Of a DNA stretch of 64,000 nucleotides, positions 12,401 to 27,463 are shown piece by piece; positions within the stretch are counted from its first letter, which is position 1, and every line of letters starts with the position of its first letter. The DNA lies in the NCBI RefSeq assembly GCF_009914755.1, contig NC_060942.1. One strand, written 5' to 3'. The position numbers and the translations under genes were made by a program. The notes beneath the pieces are model-generated. The model was not told where the DNA came from. It saw only the letters and a program-made list of their open reading frames with translations, and ran no database searches. The stretch comes from the human T2T-CHM13v2.0 reference genome, Homo sapiens.

Positions 12401-14319
12401 ACTAAAGGGTATGTGTTACAAAAAAATTCGTGTGATGCATTTTTTTTGGTTTAATGCAATCTTTCACTACCAGCAAATGCCAAATAACCCTAATGAAATT
12501 TGACCTTGTGCTTAATTTGTTGCATTGATGATGTTTTAAGATTGATGCATTTTGTTTTCTTGCTTCTTGATTAGAATGGGTGTTGAGAGTCTGTGAGTGT
12601 GTTCACTAATGAGGTTAGGACATGATAGAAATCACTTTGGCGATAGAGATACGCGCTCGAGTGCTGTGGGGGACTGTGTGCAAATTTAAGCTTGCAGAGG
12701 GGGAAATGTCTGGAAGCAGATACAAAACCACCGTTGATTCTTTTTCCAAACTGCCATATAATTTCATAATATTTTACAAAGATATGATCCTCTCTGTCAA
12801 CTCACACTTATGATGGAGAATTTGACCTTAGATTGATTTTATAATGTGTGTATGTTACAGAAATACAAATACACAAATACATTAAATGGTGTGTTTTGTA
12901 TAGATACATACAGACGCATACCTTCACTTTCATAACAATATATGTGAGGGTGTTACGGCCTGTTTATAACAGCCAGCCTTTTGTAAACAGGTTGCTTTTA
13001 TGAAAGCATGTTTTCTCTGCTCCTGAATAATAGATGAAATGTGTCCATCTCAATGCAAAATTAGAAAGTCCTTAAAAGAAGGCTGAATATTAGAACCCTG
13101 AGTATTCATCATACAGAAATGGTCATTTGTTGGTTAGTAGAAATTGTAGTTATATCTATTCTGAGATAAAATTTCCGAGGAAGTAATTGTATACATTTTG
13201 AATTTTTTAATTGGCTTATGACTGAGAAGTAGGAAACATTTTTTTCTCATTTCCTGCCAGTTTGTAGCAGTCTAAATCAATACTAATGCAGGATATGAGT
13301 GATGAGTCTATGTACATTTGCCCTTCACATAATCAATGCAATACACCCTACAAAAACAAGAACAATCAAACAAATTATATTAAAGCAACCTGAACATGCT
13401 CAAATAATGCTTTTAAAAAAGAGGTTGGGCTAAAGATCGCACTTGTTCTCAACATTCTTCGTAGGCATCCTCCAAGGGCTTTGTTCTCTAGCCCAGGGGT
13501 GACAGGAGAGCTCCAAGAACCTGGATTCCCACTCTCTGTCTACAAGCACAAAGTGAGGTCAGGGTAAAAGTCAGCCATTCTGGCTCCCGGGTCCCATGCA
13601 GCAGCCCTGCACCACATTTTTCTATTCCATCTGGATAAACAATCTCAGAAGTGCATTGAATTGGTTGTGACACCAGCCACAATTGGTTGGAAAATTATTG
13701 CATTCATACAAGGCCAGCTTATGCAGAGTATCTAAGGGAAATGCAGAGAGAAGGTGTTTTCTTTCCAGACCCTCTAAGAAGTCATTATCAGATACTTCAA
13801 AACAGGAGGGAAAATCATTCAGGAGACTGACACACAGTTGTGGTCAAAGTGATGCCTCTCCTATTTCTCAACTTACATCCTCCACAATGACTGTCACTGA
13901 TAACAAGACCGATAAGCAGAAGGCAGCCTCCTCTGGCTCAGAAGGCCTTCTAATAGTGTCCTTGAAAGACAGCAATACATTTCAAATACTTCACCAAAAA
14001 ACACTGGGTGAATAAGATTGAGGCAGTAATGATGGTTTGTTTTAAATCTTATGAAAACAAAGAAAAACAATATTACTTTTAAAAAATGAATGAACCAGGT
14101 GTTGAACTCGATTTACATTTGGTAAGAGTTTCTAAAAATGTTGGCAGTACCCTATATATTTTAATGAGGGTTAATATTGAAAATAAATTATGAATTATAG
14201 TTTAACTCCAGCCAAGGGGTTAGCATAGATAAGCCCACTTTTTTCATTTGCAAATTAGTATGCTCTATGTAACGAGACGGGGGAAAGTCAATAGATAATC
14301 ACCAGTCGTCACATCACTT

Positions 14320-14425
14320 AAAAACTTGAGTGTCTGCTGTGTGCCAGGCACGAGGCTTAAAGCTGAAGGTAAGAAAGAAATAAGCCTCTCTGAAATAGTT
14401 CACAATCTAGTGGAAGAGGGAGACT
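14320..14425 (-). mobile_element. L2 3' fragment
   Basis: ttgagtgtctgctgtgtgccaggcac...ttcacaatctagtggaagagggagac. Confidence 0.65.
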
Positions 14426-14699
14426 CAAAAACACAACAAAACACATGCTTGAAGGACAGAATGGAAGACAAGGACTGAACAAAATCTACACTCGCAAAAA
14501 CTAAGGCATGATACTTTGTCATTTCACTGTGATATCTGATCACCGGGTGAATATTACTTGTGTCTTTGGTTATTTCTTCCAACTAGGGAACGAGAAAAGT
14601 AAGTTATTGTATATGTGGCTTTATCTATTTCCAGTATTCTGATAACACCCAACTTTGTGTCTCTAAGATTTCTTTTCTAAACCATAGATCCATTTACAC

Positions 14700-15937
14700 A
14701 CACATTGATCTCAGGATTTCAAACACAAACCTGTCAAACATTTTCCCTTCCCCTTCCTCCTCTTCCCTCTTCTGTACCAAATCCGAGCTTCCTCGTCCCG
14801 GCCTTACACTGTTTAAACGGTATCTTCATCCACTGAGTTAGCTTCTGTCTCCCATTCCTCAACATGGAATTAGACAATAAGCCTCGCTGATTTTACTCCC
14901 AAAATATTTCTTGAAGCAGTCTCCTTTTCTAAAATCGCTCTGCAATTGCCTTAGTTTGGATTCTCATTGTTTTTCACCCAACAGTCTGTGAAAGTCGATC
15001 ATACAAATTGGGTCATTCTTGTTATACCCAACTGAAACAGCTGAGAAGCTGGGGGAAAAAAACACTCAGGGCACACAACATTGCTCCAAAAATATAATTC
15101 TCTGCAAGTCCAGGTGCTGAAACTACCTGCTGTAACCCGAAACTGGTTTTATCTAATATTTGCTGCAACCACCTGCTGCAATTCTATGACTAATTTTACC
15201 CACTGCTGTCAGTAACCAATCAGAGCTTTCCAGCTTTCCAAAACTTTACTAATACCAAAGAACTTTCTCACAAGACAATACATAACATTTCCCTTTTTTA
15301 TAAAACCTTCTCTTTGTTTCTCAGACATACCAAAGACCATCTGGTCTGTGACTCTTCCCCGAATTGCAATTCTTGTATCCCAAATGAAATCTGACGATTA
15401 AGTTGAGGGATTCATCTCTACATATTTTATTTAACTTTGACAAGTCTCTGACCTGTCTTTCTGCCTCCAATGCCCAAATCCCTTCTCACACACATGCATA
15501 TCCACACCCCAACACGTATGTGCACAAAAATTCACACCGTTGCCAGATAATGTTTCTAAAACGTCATCTGCTGTGTTGCCACCACTACTTAAAACCCTCA
15601 GTGGCTCCCTTCCACCTATAGGTTAAATTCTAAACTCCTATAAATGATATCTAAGACTTTCCAAGTTCTTGGATTACTTTCCAAGGTCCACCCCTGGAGG
15701 AGAACTTTAATCATTCTTTTGGGGACCACTTCTTTTTATCTCATATTTATCTCTGTACCAGCTTCATCATATGTTATTACAGGACTTGTTGATAAGTCTA
15801 CCTGTCACCCTTGATTCTGAATTCCCCAAGGGCAGTGGACTGTAGCTTACTTATCTATCATTTCCTGGAGCTAGAACACTTTGGGGACAAGAGTGTGCCA
15901 AAATATTCAAGTAATATTTGCCAAATTAATGAATGAT
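14700..15937 (+). mobile_element. L2 3' region, interrupted by an LTR
   Basis: L2-like tracts flank the LTR and join across it (caacagtc|tctgacctgtctttctgcctcc). It ends in aatatttgccaaattaatgaatga. Confidence 0.7.
14987..15442 (+). mobile_element. Solo LTR, ERV1 class (family uncertain, LTR54/MER57-like)
   Basis: TG...CA ends and a 4-bp TSD AGTC (14983-14986, 15443-15446). It contains a CCAAT box and TATAAAA. Confidence 0.85.
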
Positions 15938-16259
15938 TATGAGATATGAAACAGGAAAATGCTATGAAGAATTTATCACTGCCAAATATTATACATAATT
16001 ATAACTGTACTTTGTCAAGTATAGGGCTTCTTATATTGTGAAACTGTCTCTGAAACATTATCTAATTTGGCCTCCACAATAGCTCTTGGGGAAAGTCATC
16101 ATGATCTTGAGAACCTGTGGCTGCTTAGTGGTACAGCAAAACCAGAATCTACTGCTCTGATCTCTCTACTCTTCAGTAGAGCCCCCAAAACAAACAGTGA
16201 AACAGTGAGAGGAAAATTCCAATGTGTTACCACTGTGGTCGCTGGCTCTTTTTAAATCA

Positions 16260-18570
16260 TTTTTTTTCTTATTAGATTATAAGTTACACAGAGTAAAATT
16301 TTTGCATGTATAATTTCTCAATTTCTTACAAATCCATACAGTCATTTAACTACCACTACTGTCAAAATGTAAAGTTCCATCAGCCCACCAAATTCTCCAT
16401 GGTCATTGTAGTCAGCCACTCCCCTGATCCTCCACCCCATGGTGAGCAATGATGCACTTTCTACCCTTACAGTTTCACTAATTATTGTAAATATAATCAT
16501 ATAGTATGTAGCATTCTGATACTGTCTGAATTCACTTAACATAATGCTGAATTGAGATGCTCTTGCATGTACCCATAGTTTGTTGCTTTCTATTGTTGAC
16601 CTGTGTAGTCCATCCAGGGACCAAGTTTGCTGAAAGACATTGAAGTTGCTTCCAGTTGGGGCAATGATGAATAAACCTGCTTTAAACATTTGCTTAAAAT
16701 TTTAAACTCAAATTTTCACTTCACCGGAGGAAATATCACCCAGTGGGATTCCTGGACTGAATAGTAAGTATATGGTCAAATTTATAATATGTTGGAAGAT
16801 TATTTTTCAAAGTGTCTATATAATTGTACATTCCCGCCAGAAATGTATTTGAATTCCAAGTGTTCTACATCTCCATATTTCCTCAGCATTTGGAATGCCT
16901 TCCCTTCCTTCCTTCCTTCCATCCCTCCCTCCATCCCTCCCTCCCTCCTTCCTTCCTTCTTTTTTTCATTCTAAGAAGTATATAGTAGTCATCTCCGGTT
17001 TTTAACTTGCACTTACCTAATGACTGTGATGTTAAACATCTTTTAATGTGTTTATTCATCATCTGTATATCTTCTTTGGTAAAGTGTCTATTCAAAAATT
17101 TTGCCCATTAAAAAAAATGAGATGTTTCCTTAGTATTGAGTTTTAAGAGTTCTTCATAAATACTGGATACAAGTCCTTAATCAGATATATAGTTTGTAAA
17201 TACTTTATTCCAATTTGTGGCTTGCCTTTTTATTGTATTAACACTGGATTTTGAAGAGCAGAAGTTCTTCATTTTGATGAAGTGTAATTTATCAGTTTTT
17301 TCTCTTATGAGTTGTGATTTTGATGTTGTATTTAAGAAAACTTTGCCCTTCCCTAACCCAAGATTACAAACATTTTCTCCTATATTTTTTGCAAGAGTTT
17401 TATGGTTTCAATCTTTGCATTTAGGTTTATGATTTGTTTTGAGTTAATTAATTTTTGTATATGGAGCAAATTAAGAATTTAAGTTCTTTTTTTAATATAA
17501 AAAAACACTATTGTTGAAAAGTGTATTCTTTCTTCACAAAATTGCATTTGTATCTCTATGGAAAATCAAGTGGCCGTGCACATACATGTGGGTCTATTTC
17601 TGTACTCTTTTTTTCCTTCACCAATAGCAAACTGGCTTGATTACTGTGGTTTTATAGTGCTATGATGACCTCGTATTCACCTCATTAGTGAGGAAGGCAT
17701 CCACTGCCCTAAACAGAATGAGATGGTTGAACACATCGCAACACTGGGCAGATAGATGGGCAGCATTTTATTACCCACATCTACTCATGGTCCTGCGGGA
17801 GGACACTGCACACCACACAGGGCCACACCGGGGTGCACTTGGGAACAGATGAACAAGCAGGGGCAGCAAGAGAGAGGCAGGCTTTGAATATCAACAGCAC
17901 AGGGTGCCCCTGGTTACTATGTGAGGACGATACTGCCTTGTTTTAATGGTTTGCGGCTGGCAGGGAACTGAAGTCTGTCAGATTGAGGACCAGGTGGTGT
18001 GCAGCTGGTTCAGCACAGGGTCACATCTGCTGAAAGCAGGGAACTCACAATATGGCCTTTAGGGTCCCTTGAGGCTTAAAAATATAAGACAGCCTGTGAA
18101 ATTTTAGGCCTTACACTATATAACTCAGTCTTGAAATCAGATAGTGTAAATCTTCAAATTTTTATTTTTCATTTTCAAAATTACTTTGGCTATTGTAGTT
18201 TTTTTTCCATATATATTTTAGAGTCAGCTTGTTGATTTCTACAAAAATATCCTGCTGGGATTCTGACTAGAATTGTGTTGAACCTATAGATCAGTTTAGA
18301 GAGAAAGGACATTTTAACAACAGTGAGTCTTCCAATCCATGAACACAATGTATCTCTGCATTTATTTAGGGTTTGTTTCATTTATTTCTGCAGCATATGG
18401 GTCTTGCATTGTTTTTAGATTTATATCAAAGTATTTTTTGTATTATTGTACATAACATTTTGTTTAAAAAGCTATTTCCAATTGTTGATTGCCAATATGT
18501 AGAAATACAATTTATTTTGGTATGTTGATCTTGCATCCTGTGATGTTGACTTTTTGAAATATTCTACATT
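16260..18570 (-). mobile_element. L1M (MA/MB-type) 3' portion, interrupted by an LTR and a (CCTT/CCCT)n tract
   Basis: Reverse-strand ORF2 remnants (ORFs 16883..17095 and 18190..18381 resemble L1 ORF2p) and 3' UTR. Confidence 0.85.
17658..18115 (-). mobile_element. Solo LTR-like insertion in L1 (family uncertain)
   Basis: GC-richer ~460-bp block with TG...CA ends that interrupts contiguous L1 sequence (ttttatag|...|agtcttgaaatc). AATAAA on the minus strand at 17767-17772. TSD not clear. Confidence 0.65.
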
Positions 18571-19859
18571 GATGGTGTCTCTGCATATTTATGTGGGTAA
18601 GGGAATCCTTCATAGATGGACAATAATGATGAGAAGAAGAGGGAGGAGGGGAAGGGAGAAGAAAAAGGGCTGAGCTAGAGTGATGGCGGCACTCGAAGTC
18701 CACTGCAGTCCACTTTTGGGACTGATTGCCATGGTGATGGCTGTGGCAGAAGCAAGTGGCCACAGGTCCCAGAGACAGGGGAGGCCAGGAGGACCTGAAG
18801 CAACGCATGAGAAGCATCTGACGCTAAAGAGAACAGAGAACTCAGAATGCAAGGCCTTCTTCTCTCATTTCTCTCTGATGTTAGTAATGTTTTCCTTGAT
18901 CTCCCCAGAAAAGTATAAACTTCAGGAGATTGAATATATTTTCTGGGTTCATTAAAATTATTCTTGCACTTTAGATAATACATCAAAAATTGCTGCCAGT
19001 CAATACATAGAAGGAAACAAAGGGAATAGGGAAAAGGAGGAGGAAGTAGAAAGAAAGAAGAGATGAGAGTAGGAGAAGAAAGAGGGGCACAAAAGGAAGA
19101 AAGAGGAGGCAAAGGGAAGCCGAGAGAGATGTGGGGGTCGCTTTACTTGAACAGCTCCAGGAGAACAAAAGTTTCCTTTAATTGTATTTTGTGCTGGAAT
19201 TGAAATTGTGGGTTTAAACAGAAAGAGTTTCTAAAACTCAAGCCAAATTACATTCATATCAAGATCAGCCTTAATCTCCATTGACAAAAAGGACTTTAGG
19301 AAGAGCAATCGAGGTTGGGCTCAGGTAGGAAAAGGAAAACAGAAGAGCAAGAGAGCAAGGAGACAGCTATTGGCATGGCCTGTCTGGGAGGCCTGTAGTC
19401 CTTGAATCTGGTCTAGATGTTTTCTTTCTTGGTTACCTGTTATCTGAAGATTCTGAGGTGAGAGGTGTCATCATGCAGCCACTAGAATAAAGTGCTTGTA
19501 TTTTAGTGTTTTGCTTCAATCTGCTTATTATAACATTTCAGTTCTGTGTAAACAACTTTAGAGAGTGCACGCTTTGGAAGTAAACTGACCCCAAAACAAA
19601 AGCTCCATGTTATGAGGAAGATATCTGCTGAAACAGGAGCCCTGTGTATGAGAAGAACATCTGCTAACACAGGGGTACCATGTAAGAAGATCTCTACTAT
19701 ATTTTTCACATTTCCACTTCCATTTTATCATAACTTATATAAAATTTTAAGTACAGAGAACTCCAATATTTCATTTTTATATTTTGGATTGATGTTTTCT
19801 TAGTAAGTAAGTATTACCATTAGAATATTATCATGCTTGTTTTTATATGTTTTCCACAT

Positions 19860-19996
19860 TATAGAACACTCCTTGAGAGCAAGGATTTAAATTTTTTGTT
19901 TGTTTGTTTTTAAGCTACCATATCCCCAGCATTAGAACAGTAGCTATAACCATAGTGGGTGATCAATAAATATTTGTTAGATGATGAATGAATAAA
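19860..19996 (+). mobile_element. L2 3' end
   Basis: ctccttgagagcaaggat...caataaatatttgttagatgatgaatgaat. Confidence 0.7.
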
Positions 19997-20721
19997 CCTG
20001 AGCTGTGCTTTTCCTAAATCTTTGACATCCTTTCTTTGGGGAGGGAGCAGTCCTCTCTCTGCTTAAGTCCAATTTCCTTTATTATTAGTATTTTATGGAA
20101 TTCATATATAAGGCTTTGACTGATGTGGCTATCTGGAAATGAGTTTTCACCTGATTAGCCTTGTCTTGATCCAGTTTAATCCATGATTTTCAAAAAATGT
20201 CAATAGCCTAATAATAATACCCTTCAGTTGCTGATTACAAAATCAACATACAAAAATAAGTAGTTTCTATGTATTAACAAAAAACTGTCCAAAAATAAAT
20301 TAACAAAACAATTCTATTTATAATAGTATCAAAAAATACTTAGGAATAAATTTAACCAGGAGAGGAAAGAGCTGTACACTGAAAACTATAAAACATCAAT
20401 TAAAGAAATTGAAGACACAAATAAATGGAAAAATATCCAATGTTCATGGATTGGCAAAACTAATATTGTTAAAATCTCCCTACTACTCAAAGCCATCCAC
20501 AGATTCAATGCAATCCCTCTCAAAATTCCAATGTCTTTCTTCATAGAAATTGAAAAAAAATTATCTTAAAATTTGTATGGAGCAACAAAAGACCCCAAAC
20601 AGCTAAAACAATCTTGGACAAGGCAAAACAAGCCTGGAGGCATCACATTCCTTGATTTCAAAATATATTATAAAGTGATTGTAATCAAAACAGTATCGTA
20701 TTGGCATAAAAACAACATCCA

Positions 20722-21017
20722 GGCCAGGCGCAGTGGCTCACGCCTATAATCCCAGCACTCTGGGAGGCCGAGGCGAGTGGATCACCTGAGGTCAGAAGTT
20801 CAAGACCAGCCTGGCCATGGTGAAACCCTGTCTCTACTAAAAATACAAAAAATTAGCCAGGCGTGGTGGTGCGTGCCTGTAATCCCAGCTACTCGGGAGG
20901 CTTAGGCAGGAGAATCACTTGAACCCAGGAGGCGGAGGCTGCAGTGAGCCGAGATCACACCTTTGTGCCCCAGCCTAGGCAACAAGAGCAAAACTCCATC
21001 TCAAAAAAAAAAAAAAC
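20722..21017 (+). mobile_element. Alu (AluS)
   Basis: Full dimer with A tail. Confidence 0.95.
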
Positions 21018-21152
21018 AAACAGAAATCATCCAGTGGAACAGGATATACAGTCCAGAAATAAACCCAAGTATATGTGGTCAATTGATTTTCAACAAAGGT
21101 GTCAAGAACACAAATGGGGAAAGGACAGTCTCCTCAATAAAAGATTTTGGGA

Positions 21153-21481
21153 GGCCAGGTGCAGTGGCTCACGCCTGTAATCCCAACACTTTGGGAGGCT
21201 GAGGTGGGTGGATCATGAGGTCAGGAGTTCAAGACCAGCCTGGCGAGCATGGTAAAACTCCATCTCTACTAAAAATACAAAAATTAGCCAGGCATGGTGG
21301 CGTGAGCCTGTAATCTCAGCTACTTGGGGGGCTGAGGTAAGAGAGTCGCTTGACCCTGGGAGACAGAGGTTTCAGTGAGCCAAGATTGTGCCACTGCACT
21401 CCAGCCTGGGTGACAGAGACTCTTGTCTCAAAACAAACCAACAAAAAAAAAAAAAACAAAGCAACAACAACAACAAAAAAA
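21153..21481 (+). mobile_element. Alu (AluSg-like)
   Basis: Full dimer with a mixed A/(CAA)n tail. Confidence 0.95.
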
Positions 21482-24400
21482 CATGATGGGAAAGCTGGAT
21501 TTCCACTTGCAGAAGAATGAAATTATACCCTCTTCTTATACTATATACAAAAATCGCTGAAATGAGCAAAAGACATAAATGTAAAATCTGAAATTGTAAA
21601 GCTACTAGAAGAAAAAATAAGGAAAAAGCTCCACATTAGTCTGTGTAGTGATTTCTTGGATACAACTCCAAAAGCACAGGCAACAAAAGCAAAAAATAGA
21701 CAAATGAGATTGCATCAAACCAAAAAGCTTCTGCACAGCAAAGGAAACAACTAACAGAGAGAAAAGACCACCCATGCATTGAAAGAAAATATTTGCAAAT
21801 CATACATCTGAAAAGGAGCTAATATCCAAAATACATACGGAATTCAAGCAACTCAGTAGCAATATACAAATAACCTGATTAAAAACGGGCGAAGAATCTG
21901 AACAAACATTTCTCAGAAGAGATGTGAATGGCCAACAGATACATGAAAAACTGCCCTACATCTTCAGTCATCAGGGAAATGCAAATTAAAACCACAGTGA
22001 GACACCACTTCATGCTTGTTAGAATGACTGTTATCAAAAAGATAAAAGATAACAAATGTTGGAAAGAATGTGGAGGAAAGGGAACACTTACACTCTGTGT
22101 GTGGGAATGTAAATTAGTACAGCCATTATGCAAAGCAGTGTAGTGGCTCCTCAAAACCTGAAAAGTGTTCATCAACAGATGAATAAATAAATAAAATGTG
22201 TTATAAAAGTATATACACAATGGAATACTATACAGTCTTTAAAAAGAGAATAATTTTGCCATTTGAGACTAGGTAAAATAAGCCAGGCACAGAAAGACAA
22301 CTACTGAATAAGCTCGCTTTATGTGGCATCTAAAAAAGTCCATCTCATAGAAACAGAAACTAGAAAGGTTGCCATCAGGGGCTGGGGTAAAGGGGGAAGT
22401 TGAGGAGAGGGTAAAGGGAGGGGAAGTTGAGGAGAGGGACTTCAAAACATGCTGTTCAAAGGGTACAAAGTTTCAGTTAGACTGAAGACTAAGTGTTTGC
22501 AATCTATTGCACTGCATGGTGACCATAAGTAATAATAATGTATTATATATTTCAGATTGGTTAAAAGAATAGATTATTAACATTTTTACCACAAAAATAA
22601 GTTCACAAAGTAATGGATATATTAATTAGCTTGATTAAGTCTTTCTACAAGGTATACATAGATCAAAACATCGCCTCATACCCCATAAATATACACAATA
22701 CTTATTTCTCAATTAAAAATAAATTTAAACAACAATAATGCCTGTCAGTTTTGCCTTAATAGAAACAAAAAGCTACTTTTCCCAGAAATGCATTCATGTA
22801 CTTCGGGCAACCCATCATTTAAAGTAACTGTTAAAACTATAAAAATACAGACACAGTCTAAGGTATAAATTTGGCCACTTTGATATAAATTGAAATACCA
22901 AGTCTATGAGAATTGTATATTATTGAGTATAAAGTTTACTGGCACAGTTATAAAAGCATAATAAATTTAAAAATTACATCATTATTGAGAATGTTTACTA
23001 CCATGACTCAAAGCTAATAATAAATAATTCCAAGAGTAAAATAAATGCCTGTGACTGTTACAATGTCTACCTATAACTGTAGTGTAGAGGGAAGACATTA
23101 AATATATGTCATCAGCAAAAATATGTATTAATGATTCAGTCTTACAACTGAAATGTATGCTTATTAGTAAAATGCATGCCACTAGCATATTGATTCAAAT
23201 TTTTACACTAGTAACTAAAAGAGCTGTTTTAAATGGTTTTCCATTTGTCTTTGTATTTGTCTTGTTTTGTTCTCAAAGTCTTCACAGTAAAAGGTATACT
23301 TCCCTGCAGCTGAGTTCATGGAAAAGGGCAAGTGATTTTATAGAGATTTCATCAAAAACTTCACATTCTTTCTTTATTTTACACTTAACAATTATCTAAA
23401 GGCAGGCTGTTAAATAATAATTTAAATTTGGATTATTTAATTATTTGAATGGAGAGAAATGTCACATATCCAAGTTCATTAATAATACATCAAAAAATCA
23501 CATGTAGACAATCCACTGTAAAGGTTGACATGAGATATCTTATAACACATTCAGCAAGACATAAAGAATCAATTTTTAAAATTGATTGTGTAGACTCTGC
23601 ATCTCACTTTGTCAGTTTCTCAGTATTGCGTATGTATGCCAACACCTGGTATGAAACATCCATCTGATTCATATGCTCCATTACCTACCCTTTATTTCAT
23701 GAAATTACAAAGTCCCATTGAGGAACAGTGAGTTGTCCAAGGGTAAAGAGAAGATTTTCAGACCTAGACAAAATTTATGGCTCTAATATAACAAACATCT
23801 ACATTTATTTTAAGTAAAACATTTATTTAACACGCCTATAATAAAGTTAAATAAATTACGTAAACTTCAATCTCATCACGAAGCATTTTTATGTTAGTAA
23901 ATCTTTATTGCACCCTAGAAACTTAGAATATCTGTAAGAAAGAAATAGAGACAGCTCTTATTTCCTAAACACTGACTCTTTTTTGAGTAACTGTTAAAAC
24001 AGCTATATTCCTACTGTCAGGGAACCTTAAATTTATTTTATATATAGACGTTCATCTTTTTATATTTGTACAAGTCCACAAATTATCAAATTGAAGTAAA
24101 TCGTGCTTTTATCAGCTTTGGGATATTGACATCATAAGGCTGTGAGCTTGATCTGACAGAAATGGGAATGCTTTATATCTTTTTATTGAAGTTATAAAAT
24201 CCTAAAAATGCCAAACCAACATAGTATGTACTATAATTATTAACATTGGTTTTATTCAACCAAATATTCTAGAACTAGTTTTAAATATCTTAAATGTAGC
24301 TTAAAGGGGCTAGCTTTAGTATAGCAGGAAGCAAAAATTCTTATACATTCAATGTTTATCTTTTTCAAGAAGCACTTACAGCCAAACTCTACCACAGAAG

Positions 24401-24784
24401 TAGAAATTCTCTAGTCTAAAAGATATTGTTTTAATACTCAATTATTTTCATTTAAACTCTAAAAGTATTAAAAACATGAAGAGTGAGATACCCAATCCCC
24501 TCAAAAGTCATTTATAGACACAGGGTATCATAACACCTTAGGCAACATTAAGAACAAATAGAGTTGCAGCAACTACACTACTGTAGCCACAAAGACTTTT
24601 TTTTTTTTTCCTGAATGGGTGGGCACCTATTTTTACTTGATTGGTTTGTATAAATTAACTGTGTGTTTGAGGTTTTTTCCTGAGCTGATTACTCAGACTA
24701 AAAAAAGTCCCCCAACCTTAATTTAAAAGTTACATTCTAGATTTTCTCAAAAATCTTTTAAAACGAGCGTTGGCTAAACCTCCT

Positions 24785-24905
24785 GCTGCAATCTTTGTAA
24801 TGACCTCTCTTAGGGACCTTGGGAAAAATCACATAACTACTGTGTCTCTGTTTCCTTATTTCTAAATGAAGAGACTGGACTGTGTCATCTGAAATGTTCC
24901 ATTTG
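24785..24905 (+). mobile_element. MIR fragment
   Basis: gaccttgggaaaaatcacataactactgtgtctctgtttccttatttctaaatg resembles the MIR core. Confidence 0.7.
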
Positions 24906-24935
24906 GTAGAAGAGTTCATTAAGAAACTGTGGTAT

Positions 24936-25652
<717 letters not shown>

Positions 25653-27046
25653 AGAGTCAGCTTGTATAGAATATAGTGCTCAGGAGATTCTCATTTGTAA
25701 TGCCACAGCCAGGTATGCTTTTAAGTCAGCAGTAAATAAAGGCAGTTTTGCACTCTATTTACAGTGCTGGAAATCCAACTCCACAAAGAGAATTTGAGTT
25801 GAGTAAAAAAGGATTTTTTTTTTCAAAAGTGATACAAGTCCACACTTATCCAACCTTAAGTGTTAAAGTCATTATAGCTAGATAGCTCTTATATCTAAGA
25901 GGAAACAAATTTAAACAAATAACAAAGAAATAGACACAAGGACTTTCCCTAGAGATCCATTAATGAAAACATCTCACAAGCATACGCATCAGCATGGAAG
26001 AGTGTTGGCTTTCCCTGGAGGGTGTGTATAAATTCAGGTGAACTGCTGCACTCTGTGGGCTCTGTGTAAAGCCATCCAGAAATGCACCACTGATTCTCGC
26101 AACGTTCAGTTTTTTTTTCCAAGCAGACTGTAATCAACTATATTAGCATGACAACAAATTCTTTATGTTGTGAGATTCTACTGATCCTCAAAACTGCCAC
26201 TGAATTAGAATTATTTCCAGATGCTCTGTTCAATGAAAGAGTCTTAAAAATAATGCAAAACGATGGTGATCCCAGGCTACACTGGCAACAGGTTAAATAC
26301 GCAATCGTAGCCCTTCTCCCATCCATTCTGCATCTCCCCTCCACTTGCCTGCAGCTTTTCCTGGTCACTCACGGCCCTCCCTCGGCTCCCCACAGCCTCA
26401 TACTCACAACTGGCATTTTCCTTCCACACTTTCTCAATTGTCCCTTAACACTCCTGTGAGGGGACAACCCTAAAGCCTGGGACCCCAGGAGCTGCACGCA
26501 GGGCTCGCTCCTTGCTCCTTGGTGTAGAGTTCATGGCCAAGCTTCCTCCAGTCTCTGTAGGTGTGATGTTTCCCCATCAACAGTCCCATCACTTCAGGTG
26601 ACTTTATTTCATGTTGCTCTAGACCAGGCATTTTTGTCTCATTCAGCTGTGCTACATTGCCCCTCTTTCTTTGACTTTTCCTCTTACCAAGTACAAATTA
26701 CTTTCTCCATAAGCAAACTTTCAGTAGGCATCCTGAGACGTAGTATCATCTCAGTTTTTTAATTTGTAATTTCATCCCCAAGATAAATCCATCATTTAGC
26801 CTCTTTAAATGGAAGGGTCATGGCTGCTAAGGCCCTTTCCAGTGATCACATACTATGAGCCCATGCTAGCAATGTGAGGGATGACTTTTCCCACTGAGCT
26901 ATTAGTTCTAACAGCCCTGAAAGCTATATTCTGTCGTGAAATGCATACACCTCTATCATCTCATAAACTTTAAAAGACTAAAATTGGTCTGGGGCTATAC
27001 ATATACCCAGAATCATTCCTCCTGTCAAAATTAAATAGAAATATCT

Positions 27047-27463
<417 letters not shown>

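Larger units (their letters stand above)
20225..22725 (+). mobile_element. L1MA-type 3' portion with two Alu insertions
   Basis: ORF2 remnants (ORF 21928..22143 [13 protein letters not shown]...) and an L1MA-like 3' UTR ending aattaaaaataaat. Confidence 0.88.

Noticed and set aside
18512-19168. Overlapping ORFs around GA-rich tracts
   Set aside because: Low-complexity purine runs lack stop codons, and I recognise no product or splice structure.
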